Source: Phoronis australis
Lineage: Eukaryota; Animalia; Phoronida
NCBI GenBank assembly: GCA_002633005.1
Contig: NMRA01000012.1
Location: 1,659,911 to 1,704,709 of the forward strand
Length of the DNA stretch: 44,799 nucleotides
Direction: 5' to 3'
In this document: in pieces, positions 11,911 to 22,965 of the stretch
Layout: every line of letters starts with the position of its first letter
Numbering within the stretch: the stretch's first letter is position 1
Made by a program: the position numbers and the translations under genes
Notes under the pieces: generated by a model
The model's input: only the letters and a program-made list of their open reading frames with translations
Database searches by the model: none
Told to the model about the DNA's origin: nothing

Positions 11911-13265
11911 TATACCCTCACGGGGCCACACTGACGTCGGACTTCAAGCATATCAGTTAAAAGATAGGTTGGGGGATTGAAGTAACGGACTTCCAACGGC
12001 CTGTAGTGCATGATACAGTGGCGTTGTGATCCCGAGTGTGATTGGGTTTTTACGTACCTCGGTGGCTGTTCGTCATTTCTTAGAACTAAGGTATTCCTAT
12101 AGGTAGGCCTGCGTTCAGTAGGGCAAGTTTCTTGAGAGAAAAGACAGATCAAGCAAGCTTCCGCTAGTTAGCAGTGTATTTCTAAGGGAAGCACTTGATT
12201 TTGTAAAGATTCGCTTCCTGCTGTACCCCTAGGCAACCAAACACGTGCTTAATGATTGACAGGTCTTCTTACTGAATACTTTGCCAGGAACTTATAGTTT
12301 AGCAACCAAGCAGGTGCTAATGATTGACAGATTTTCTAACTGAATACTTTGAACTTAGTTTGAACATTGTAACATTTTATATACATNATCATTTCGTAAG
12401 CTGGGTATATTGGCATTGGTTGTGTGTGCTTATGTCTATGTTCGTATTAATTCTTGGAAGCTCCTGATTTTGAAATCTCATATCATTACAGGTCAATAAT
12501 TTGCAAGGTTCACTTGCCTCATCCACGCACACATTCTAAAATATGGGGGGAGCTTAAGTTTACCAAAAACTTAAGTATTTTGGAACAAGTTTTTTGGAAC
12601 GAAAGTTTTTAAAACTTAAGTTTTCAGAAAACTTAGCTTTTTGAAAATCTTAAGTTTTTAGAACTTAAGTTTTTGAAAACTTAACTTATGAAAACTTAAG
12701 TTCGTTCCAAAAAACTTGTTCCAAAATGCTTAAGTTTTCACCAAAAACTTAAGTTTTTCGATGAAACTTAAGTTCATTTTTGTAAGGGTATACCCTCACG
12801 GGGCTGCACTGATGTCGGACTTCAAGCATATCAGTTAAAAGATAGGTTGGGGGATTGAAGTAACAGACTTCCAACAGCCAGTAGTGCATGATACAGTAGC
12901 GTTGTGATCCCGAGTGTGATTGGGTTTTTACGTACCTCGGTGGCTGTTCCATCATTTCTTAGAACTAAGGTATTCCTATAGGTAGGCCTGCGTTCAGTAG
13001 GGCAAGTTTCTTGAGAAAAAAGACAGATCAAGCAAGATTCTGCTAGTTAGCGGTGTATTTCTAAGGGAAGCACTTGATTTTGTAAAGATTCGCTTCCTGC
13101 TGGACCCCTAGGCAACCAAACACGTGCTTAATGATTGACAGGTCTTCTTACTGAATACTTTGCCAGGAACTTATAGTTTAGCAACCAAGCAGGTGCTAAT
13201 GATTGACAGATTTTCTAACTGAATACTTTGAACTTAGTTTGAACATTGTAACATTTTATATACAT
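11427..13265. repeat. Direct duplication 11427-12386 / 12388-13265 across the N at 12387 (probable allelic overlap)
   Basis: Both copies begin ATCATTTCGTAAGCTGGG and end ACATTTTATATACAT. They differ by scattered substitutions and indels, mostly in the CTTAAG array, and the junction is exactly at the gap. Confidence 0.9.
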
Positions 13266-13534
13266 CGTATATTTCTTTTTTTTAGTTCAAAGTCAAAACC
13301 CCACTTATTCAAAACACATGCTCAACAATGGGTTTCACAATACTGATAGCGCTTGGAAAGATCTATTCAGCCCCCATACTTACCAAGTTTCACACAAATC
13401 CATCAAGGGGCACTGAAGATAGGGCACAAAAACTCAATTGTAATGTGTAAACAAAGAAGCAAACAAAAAAACAAACTAAAATTTATTACAAAGCAACAGA
13501 CTTGGACAAATTTCACTGTTACCAAGAAACTAAC

Positions 13535-13722
13535 CTCAATCTTCTGACCTTGTGCTAAATCAAAGTCAACAAAAATTCCCCGTATTACACCGCCATCAGT
13601 GTTCTCCAGCTGGTAGCGGTATACAGTCTGGAACTGTGGTTCATACTTCTGATTGGGAAATCCTGGAGATCTACATGACAGACTGCTGTTGGCGTTGCCT
13701 TGTAACAGGCTGTCACCTCCCA
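13535..13722 (-). CDS. Coding exon 2 of the CUB-domain protein (N-terminal half of CUB)
   Basis: Acceptor tactttcag and donor GAG|gttagt. 188 nt, phase 1 to phase 0. (V)GGDSLLQGNANSSLSCRSPGFPNQKYEPQFQTVYRYQLENTDGGVIRGIFVDFDLAQGQKIE contains the CUB hallmarks SPGFP..Y and F.DFDL. Confidence 0.88.
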
Positions 13723-14231
13723 CTGAAAGTAACAGGTTATGATGAAAATGAACTTGTCCATGCTTAACACCCTCCCCTGTTAAGTTTTCATTTACAATAG
13801 CTGATATCTCTGTTTTTCAAAAACCATACAAAATTTTAAACATGGTTCCCTCGTCCACAGACCATAAAATGACTGACGTGCGAATTTTCAAGCAACTCAG
13901 TCTACGCACTGAAACGGAATGACTGCTCAAAACAGCTTGAGAAGGGGTTCAGCAGTTTACCAATAAGAAGTCATTATTTAACGTCGTTCATTAATACCAA
14001 GCATTGTTTGAATATTATTTTTAATTTCAAGCAGCATTTGAAAAATGTTGATTTTGTGATGATTTTTTGTTGATACAGCCTTAAATTATAGCAATGACAT
14101 AAAAACATCATAATGACAATAGACAAACGGCTCATTGAGAAAACATGAAAGACACTGAAAATTTGAATTAATTAAAAAATAAACTTCTCTTATTTGACAT
14201 CAGTGACTCCCTAATTTTTCTTCTACTTGTG

Positions 14232-14492
14232 CATGCGCGCACCCAGGGGGCCTCGGGGGCTCAAATAAGCCCCCCATTTGGTGAAGTGGGCAAAAAGGTC
14301 CGCCTTCGAAAAACAAAAAGTCCGATAAAATGAGAAAGTCCACTAAGAAGGGCGTAAACCCACAATTCACAGCCCCGAATGCGGTACCTCGTTTCTTTGT
14401 TGAGTTTTAGTCCTCGCACTTTTTTGTTTGTAAAAGGTCCACATCATCGAAAATTTGAGTCTCCCCCATATCAAAGGCTGGGTGCTTGCATG
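14232..14492 (+). mobile_element. MITE family A copy 1 (hAT5-like, 5-bp TSD)
   Basis: TIRs CATGCGCGCACCCAG / CTGGGTGCTTGCATG, flanks TTGTG/ATGTG (4 of 5 match). Colinear with 34318-34584 and, reversed, with 40483-40702. Confidence 0.8.
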
Positions 14493-15229
14493 ATGTGGGC
14501 TATCAAGAATATTAAAAAAATCAACAAGAATGTAGTAATAAATTATAAACTTTTAGGTACTCAAAACCCAGACCAGGAAAATAGTAGGACCGGAAATACA
14601 ATAAAGTCTGTAAAGCATAAAACCGACATGCAAAAAATTGTTTTCAAAAGGATCTCAATCATAATTAGGTTTTCAGTAGAACTAGTTCAGCAACTCCCAC
14701 TTTGTTTAGTAGATTTGTAAAGAAAACCAAAAACACCAAAATTTGAAAAATTTAAGGATAGATTAAACCCGTGTCGAGTCCTACTAAAGAAAATCAAAAT
14801 GCATAGAAAAGAATTCAACTGATTTCGTCCACGCACAACTCTAATTATTGACATATAATGCATGGTGTAGAAGACACAATTATAATAAATACGTTAGTAT
14901 GTAAATATTGTATTATTTAAAACACTTCAGTAATGAGCACAACGCTGCAAGACAAAGTACATCGTCAGTCACATAGTTGCCAACACAGTGAAATGATAAA
15001 AGTGGTATAGGTGCATCTAAGATGCTACAAGGACGAAAAATGGCAACAGAATTCCCGAAACAGCATGCTGGAGTCACTTTTATTACGCTGTTGAAATGGA
15101 ATGGGCAAATAGGGGTCAATAGTGTAAAAAAGCAAAATTTACAGCCAGGCATTCACACAATGGCATGGGTATGCAGATATCGATACATAAAAAGCAAGAT
15201 ATTCCGATGCTGTTACACAAAGGAGGAAC

Positions 15230-17720
15230 AAACACATATCGGGATGATCTCAACAAAAGCGGGAAAGTTGACAACCATCATTTTGGGTTTGGAGGAGGTA
15301 TAGTCTGCAGCGTGGCTTTGAATTTTGCTGACAGAAATGAATCGTGGATGCAATACAATAGGCCTTTCGAAACTGACATGCATTGCAAATGATGTGCTTT
15401 TAGAGGGTTTTGTTCGTATCATCAAAACGGCAACTAGATGGCGCAAAATACGTCGAAGTCATCTGAAAACCACAAAATGTCGTCGTTTCTTCTTAAAGAA
15501 AGCCATTTACCAAATTTCATTTAAAATTCGTCGAGGAATTTCAGAGAAACAAAAAGAAAATGAAAAAAATGAAATTGCCACTAGGGGTCACAGTGTTTGT
15601 CGGATCCGTCTAAAAGTCGTCGTCTTCTCTTGCTAACTTCATATACACAAGCTAAATTTAATAAAGATCCTGCAGAGGGCTTAGGAGATACAGGTATGGG
15701 TGCAAATAAACGCCACTAGGAGGCGCCACAGTACTTGAAGTCATCAGAAAATCATCGTCAACCGTCCCCTACATAGAAAAAACATACATGCCAACTTTCA
15801 CAATCATCCTTAGTGGTTTGGTTGACAGAGGGATGGACGGCAAAAACAGGCTAGAAAACAACAAAAATGGCCACTAGGTGGCGCAAACTAAGAATCCATC
15901 CCAAAACGGGAGGATAGCATCATCTCACTAATAAATGTCTATGTGCCAAATTTTATGGAAATCCGTTGAGGACCTTTGAAGATACGGAGGTAAACGTAAA
16001 AAACTAAAACTGCCACTAAGGGGCACACGGATACACGATTTTTTCGAAAGTCGTCGTCATTCACTGTCAACTTCATATCAATACATTTGCTAAATTTAAT
16101 AAAGATCCTGTAGAACGTTAAGGAGATACTTCCATGGGCACAAAAACAAACAGAACTGACACTAGGGGGCGTCACAGTACTCGAAATCATCGGAAAATCA
16201 TCGTCAACTGTCTTCCTCTTAGTAAGAACATACGTGCCGATTTTCAAAATTGCCAAAAAAAACGACTCGAAAACAGTAACAAGAGCAACGCGGAGTGTTG
16301 AAATGCGCCCATAAATGCATTGCAAATGGTGTGCTTTTAGGGTTATTTATTTGTATCATAAAAACGGCCACTAGATGGATCAAAAAAATACAATCCATCC
16401 AAAAACAGGAACATGCCATATTTCATAAAAATCTGTCAAGGAATTTCAGAGAAACAAAGGAAAACAGAATAAAATGAAATTTCCACTAGTGGGCACAGTG
16501 TCCGTTGGATCCGCCTGAAAGTCATCGTCGTCTGTTGTTATCTTCATATAAATAAACTTACTAAATTTAGTAAAGATCCTGCAGTGGGTTTAAGAGATAC
16601 AACTATGGGCGTAAAACAAAACTAGGAGGTGCCACAGTAATCAGTCACCATCATCAAAGGTCGTCTTCACACTGAGAACATATATGCCAATTTTCAAATG
16701 ATTTGGTTGATACAGGGGTAGACACCAAAAACAAGATTTGGTGCAAAATACCTCAATTCCATCCAAAAACAGAAAGATAGAGTCATCACAACAATAGATG
16801 CCTATATTTAAAATTTTATGAAAATCTGTCGAAGACAAAAAACAAAACTGACACTATGAAGCACCACAGAAGTTGAAATCGTTGGAAAATCATTATCAAC
16901 CGTCCTCTTCATAGTACGCACACACATGCCAATTTTCACAATCATCCTTTGAGCGGTTTGGTTGATAGATGGGTGGATGCAAAGAAACAGACACGAAAAC
17001 AGTAAAAATGGCCACTAGGCGGCGCAAACTATGTCGAATCCATCCGACAATGGGAGGATAGTGTCATCTCACTAATAGCTGCCTACATACCGAATTTCAT
17101 GAAAATCCGTACAGGACTTTTGAAGATACAAAGGTAAGCGTAAAAAACTAAAATTGCCACTAGGGGGCACACCGGCAGTCAGATCCGTCCGAAAGTTCGC
17201 TCATGCCGTCCCATTCATAAATGGAGCATATGCGCCAAATTTCATGAATGTATGTCAAAGAGTTTTGGAGATGGCGCAGCGGACGCTGCCCGGACGGACG
17301 GACGCCACCCGGACGGACGGACGCCGCCCAGACGGACGGACGGAGATGACGGCATAATGCATCCATATATAGATATGTGGGCACATAAAAATGGCCACTA
17401 GATGGCGCAAAATGCCTCGAATCCATCCGAAAACAAGATGATAGCGTCAATTATTATTAATAGATGCCAATGTGCCAAATTTCACAAAAATCGAATGAGG
17501 ACCTTTGAAGATACAGAGGCAATCGTAAAAAAATAAAATTGCCACTAGGGGGTACAGTGGTATTTGGGTCGGTCCAAAACTTGTCACTCTCTGTCGTCAA
17601 CCCCACTGGAACACACTTGCCAAATTTCAATAAGATCCTGCAAGGGGTTTAGTAGATACAGCCGCGGACGCTGAACGCTCAGACAGAGATGATGGCATAA
17701 TAATTGGTTTGTTACCCTCC
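15230..17720 (+). mobile_element. Helentron-associated (HINE/DINE-1-like) element(s) with an internal diverged core-repeat array
   Basis: More than 12 recurrences of GCCACTAG(G/A)(G/T)GGC(G/A)C with 'ccaaatttcatgaaaatcc' cores; GGAC microsatellite at 17280-17345; hairpin plus ATAAAAA at about 17358-17391. Boundaries are approximate. Confidence 0.65.
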
Positions 17721-17832
17721 GTAAGTTTTGAACAGCCAAGACCAGATTGTGTTGTCAGAAACACACGAATCAGACTCAGCGCTGTCAAGTGAGAGTTGGC
17801 ACTTCATATAATATTGTTTCATAATACACGCC

Positions 17833-17999
17833 CATGGGCGGATCCAGGATTTTGAGTTGGGGGAGGGGGCAGGGCAGAGCATTAGCCAGGATTTTGCCTG
17901 TCAGACACTGGCACTCTCGAACTGCCCAATGGAATCTTGGAGAATTTTAGGGGGGGGGGGGCGATGACCCCCTTGGCTCCCCCTCTAAATCTGCCACTG
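17833..17999. mobile_element. Short hAT5-like MITE
   Basis: Termini CATGGGCGGATCC / AAATCTGCCACTG and a perfect 5-bp TSD ACGCC (17828-32, 18000-04). Confidence 0.85.
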
Positions 18000-18132
18000 A
18001 CGCCAGCTATTCAAGTAAACAACTCCCATCAGAGGGAGAGGGCCAATTCACAGCATAAAAACTTAATGCTCTTCGTAAGTTTTGAGTTAGGAGTGTCAGG
18101 CCCAAAAAAGCAGTAGCCACGCATCATCTCAC

Positions 18133-18217
18133 CTTGTTCCTGGGCCAAAAGGCATCTCCCACCACAAAGTAACACACAGAGTAGGTTGCAGCTCTGCACC
18201 AGCCAAGTGAATGACAT
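18133..18217 (-). CDS. Coding exon 1 (signal peptide) of the CUB-domain protein
   Basis: MSFTWLVQSCNLLCVLLCGGRCLLAQEQ plus 1 nt; donor AAG|gtgaga; acceptor cacttctag at 18260-59 (exon starts 18258). Phase 1 matches exon 13722 (G+TG = Val). Confidence 0.8.
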
Positions 18218-20327
18218 GCTCACTGTCAGAGAACCGTGTACATTTCTGTCCCCAGCACCTAGAAGTGAGTACATGACTAAAAATGGCATTAAACTTGTGC
18301 TTTCTGTTAAAACAACTTTTGATTTTGATCACCATAAGCGACATACAAATGACCTCATCTTATTCCTTACTCAATTAGGAAGTGGCCTCTGAGCTCAGAA
18401 ATTTCTGCCTAATCTTGTTATAGTTTCAAACTAGGCTAAAAGAAAATCCAGGTCACGCAGAGAATGTTTCAGCTCAGAAATAGAAAGCTAGTAGGTGAAT
18501 TAGTTACTTGATATGTGACAACAAGTCAATACCACTATGGAAGTGAAATGTGCCTGGGAAGAAATTTTTTTCAAAACAGGAAATGTGGTTTACAATTGCT
18601 TTAAGTTGAAAGGAAGAAACTGAAACTGGAAATTATTGGAAATGACTATCTACTAGGAATAACCAGGTCTTTAAATATCAGTGAATACGAAATGGTGGAT
18701 ATCTTTTGCAAAGAAATCTCTGTTCATTAAAAGGACACTTAGAAATAATTTTTCTGTTGATGAATAACAGAACAAACATCCTAGACTCACAATACATAGC
18801 CAAAGACAAATATAAATATGCCTTAAGGGCTACGTTCACTAATGAAACTACAGTCACCTGCAAGCCCTTATGCAACTTCACCTAACAGATCGGCCCAAGT
18901 AGCGTCGCGAATTGGACCAGTCAAAATTAATGATTACATGTCTCAAGCACATTAAGTTTTAAATTAAATCACATCGAGTTCAACCTCCATGACCTTGGGA
19001 ATGAGCCAATCACTAACGCACTACAGTGGTCCTCCAGAGCTTTGTGCTGCTATATATCAATGATTTTGCTGATGAAAGAAGAGGCGTGATGGAAAGAAAT
19101 TATAAACCTTAATTACCAAAGCATGTGCGCAATTTGGAATGATTTAAATATATCAAAATCCCCCAATTGTGTGATCCTAGGCTCAAAACCAAACCTCAGT
19201 CCCAAACAGGGTTGGTAGTCTATACACTGACAGTACAGAATTAAGCGCCAGTATATATACTTATCACACTCGCATTTCATATCAATATTAACCCGTATAC
19301 ATCAAAATTATGGCATGTGAAGGAAATTATCTGAAAAATGATAACTAGACACAAATCAAGCCCTTCAAAAGAACATAATCACTTGAAGATTCAGCATTTT
19401 ACTCTTCTCTCGTCACTCCGTCATTTGCATTTTTCACAAATTGGTGAACTCGTGAACTAAGCCAAGAACCTGGTTCAATCAAGGGCTGGCACTAGGGTTA
19501 GCATGTATCACAACACATCATGAGATCAAAGTCTATGAGCATAAGATATAGAACAATTTTGTTAATTCATCTTTGTTACAAAGTGAAAAAAAGAAAAATG
19601 TAATATTCGGGAAGATGAGTCACCGATATAAAAGTGACTCGAGAACCAGTTACTTCCACTGAATAACAGGTATTACTCAGTGGGAGTAACTGGTTCTTGA
19701 ATCACCTTTAATGAGGGACACAACCCCCCATTAATAACCAAACTATAGTAGAGCCAGTAGTGGTAATAAGTGGTTCTTGAACCTTTGATCAGGGACCTTA
19801 AGTCCTTAAGACACCCAACTAGCTGTATGAAAACCATCCTGTAGCTTTTAACGACACTAATTCTGTCAGATTTGTCCATTTTTACCCACCTCGGCACAAA
19901 CCTGTATATTTAGTATACACCAAGTATATAACAACACACGGTGTACCTAAATATAACATTCATGATTCAATATCAGCCTCAGGGCCAGGCTCAGGGACCC
20001 ACCTAGGCTATGGCTATGCCACTAGACTATTACCCGAAGACAACTGCACAGATTTTCAGGTACTGTGATTGAATTGAACAGGTTTCGATTACTAATAACC
20101 ACGACAACAACAAACTGAATTACAATCTTGGTAAGCAATAATAGACTTAAAGTCATCTCTTTTACCAAGTTTTTCTGCATATCTGTCACTGAACTGAGAA
20201 CATCAACCAACAACAAGACGATTCGGTTTTTCTACACTAAAGAGTGCTGTTGGTCTGAGGCGCCCTCTATTGTCTCATAAAAGCGGCAAGGGGGAGCTTT
20301 GTTTTATCGATCTCGGCCTCTCTCGGC

Positions 20328-20418
20328 ACACAGGCGCCCTCAGTTGATCGTCCCCAATACACTACATATCATATGTAGTGTATATGGGGACGCGATCAGA
20401 AACTGAGGACGCCTGTGT
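20328..20418. repeat. About 90-nt imperfect palindrome (collapsed MITE-like hairpin)
   Basis: ACACAGGCGCCCTCAGTTGATCGTCCCCAATACACTACATAT-C-ATATGTAGTGTATATGGGGACGCGATCAGAAACTGAGGACGCCTGTGT. Confidence 0.8.
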
Positions 20419-20681
20419 CTCGGCATAGGCCTACCATGTGCACATACGGTGTTTTCTCTAATAGTTCGTACACTAGTGTACTAACTATTTTTCCCTTTAC
20501 ACCTTCGTGTACGCCTACCACTGCAATAGAGACAAAATTGGCTGTACGAACTATAAGAGAAGAAAGTCGAGTGTTCAAGTTATTACAGACAAAGATCGAT
20601 GCAATAACAACGAGTGCAACGCCGGGCCAGTCCGAGACGGTGGTTTGACAATGTGAATTAGGTCAGTGGAAACTGCGGCAC

Positions 20682-20901
20682 ACAAGAAACTGTAGGAACA
20701 CCGCATTTATCCATCTTCACTCTTATCAGGCTTCCGAATGAGTCAGCATGCGTGAATAATTGGCTGATAAGCCACCTCTGGAACTACTTTTGGCTGAATG
20801 GATGACCAGGCCATAAAATGATAATTAGCCAAGACCAGTTACTANATAGAAGCCTGATAAGAGTGAAGGTGGATAAATGCGGTGTTCCTACAGTTTCTTG
20901 T
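20682..20901. mobile_element. 53-bp inverted repeats flanking the gap N20845 (TIR element with unassembled interior, or an artefact)
   Basis: 20682-20734 is the reverse complement of 20849-20901 with one mismatch. No clear TSD. Confidence 0.65.
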
Positions 20902-22836
20902 TTTAGTGGATGTGTTCACGACATGGAAAACTTGCCGACTGATGCGTCGCTGAATCGCGATCGTCAATAGGAAAACTTGAACTCTTAAACAAAAATATAG
21001 TTTCGACTCAACAAATTACCTGAAATATTCCTTATGTTTTACAATTTTTAAAGTTCATGTGAAGTCCGGATTAATTGCGATTAAGTCCAAATCTGCGCTA
21101 CATCGTACCCCACAACACAAGAAAAATCTCTGGATGAACACACATGTTGTTGTCATGTGACGTTTGTTTTGAAGTTCGTCTGCGTATGAGAGTGAGTGAC
21201 GTGTGCGGTCATCGACGACAGACTTTTTTGTTACAAAAGGCAGAGGATTATGCAAGAAAATGGCGTTTACTAGATTGTTTTTCACTTAAACGGCTGCAAC
21301 GTGCAAGGTGAGTGCTGGTTAACTCACAGATTTTGTGTGCACAGGCCGACGGTCGTTAGCTCTACCGTGGAGTATTTATAGTCCAAGGCTCGATCTACAT
21401 GTTGGGGACGAGGTGAACTACCCGGGCTGTGTGAAATTTCTGGGTCTAACGGAGACACTGACGCAGTTGTCAGCCAGCTCTCTGTATCAAGACTATAGTC
21501 AAAATCCAAATTCGTTTTATCGTGTCCCTGTCAATAATAACGGCATGCTAAAATTTCTTATTTTTTGTACTTCAGGAACATAACAATCCCGTGTTTTGTA
21601 CATACGCGCACTCCGCAGATCACATCTCGAAAATTGCCGACTTGACGGATGACAATGAATGAGCACAATGAAATTTAACAACGTCGCTTTACAGCTTGTA
21701 AGATTCATAATAAACGCATTTTGAATATTGCAATGCATGTGTTCCAAAATCTAAATAACTTGGGTCCTATATTTTTGTATTCGTGCGCGCCGAATGAAAG
21801 TAATCGTGAGTGTTGCTGTGTTGCAAAATCTCTTATCCTGGGCCGATTTGAAAAATTCAAAGTTGTACTCATATTTGTTTTCACTCCTCTTTTCAAATAT
21901 TACAGTAACAACTACGTAAATTTCTCTCCATAAAACGTACAGTCTGCTAGCTAGATTGTAATCAGCTGATCATATCCGCATGAGCGAAGCCCATTATTCT
22001 CGCTCGTGACTCGATGAATAGAGCAGCTTAGCGGCATCCCTCTGATCGTGAGCTGAGCGCGACTCAGCCAAGGTGGACTAGTTCAATTTTCCAAACCCCA
22101 CCGTTTACCTTGACCATTGGGGTTAGGACCAATCTTATTTAGTGGGAATGTTTATAGCATGCAGTTTGCCCCAAGAAATTGTATCTTAATAGCATTTCTT
22201 ACTATTGCAGTCATTTAGTTTCTTATTACCGCAAACATTCATGTATGGTATTCGTCTATATTACCTTTGATTTTTTAGGAAATACGATAAGCGCCTACTG
22301 CTCTCGCCTACTAAGCTAAGTTTCGACTAAAAATTTCAATTAAGCACACAACAAGAACTGCAGCGACATTAGTAAAATCTGCTAACACAAAACCTGGCTT
22401 GCGTTTTTTATTATTTCAAGATCAGACACAAATACCCAGTAACGTAGGCAGCAAACTAAATCTGTGAGGCACACTCACGGTCCTTTCCCACTAGCCACGG
22501 CCGCCGCATTCTCGGTATCCCGGCATTTCCAGAAAACTAAGTCGGGGAAATTTCATCAAAATAGGGAGAACTTGACACCTTTCCGTGAGGTATGACACTC
22601 AATATCCGAGAGGTTCTCTTCTACATCGAATTGGGAGTGTTGGCAAAACCATTGTCACATTTCTTTGGCCTGATTTTTTCGAATGCATGTTTTATCTAGT
22701 GCACTGCAGTCGGAAAATAAGTGCGGCAGACGACATCGGCAGAAGATTGCAAACATGGGAAGGAAATAAAATGACAAAGATATCAAGTATTTTGAAGTAA
22801 ATCCATCACCCGGGAAAATTATTTGTTATTTGTTAA

Positions 22837-22965
22837 AGGACCCGTATAGCTAAAATCTAGCCAAAGTCACGTGTTCTCATTTAAAATACACGGCAATATC
22901 TCACGTCAAGAATGTCGCGAAGTCTTGCTTTTTAGCGAGGTCCTATAGCGTTACTGAAAGGGAGG
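22837..22965 (+). mobile_element. Partial copy of the Harbinger-type MITE at 39008-39161 / 39293-39443
   Basis: Near identity over TAGCTAAAATCTAG...GTCACGTGTTCTCATTTAAAATACACGGCAATATCTCACG...GGGAGG|CAG. Confidence 0.85.

Noticed and set aside
11763-13031. Twin ORFs MICLFSQETCPTERR... as duplicated genes
   Set aside because: They span a transposon end and its flank within the allelic duplication, and the frame is not conserved between copies.
13549-13549. Alternative donor AAG|gtcaga for CUB exon 2
   Set aside because: It gives phase 1, incompatible with exon 365-161. GAG|gttagt at 13535 gives phase 0 and a continuous CUB alignment.
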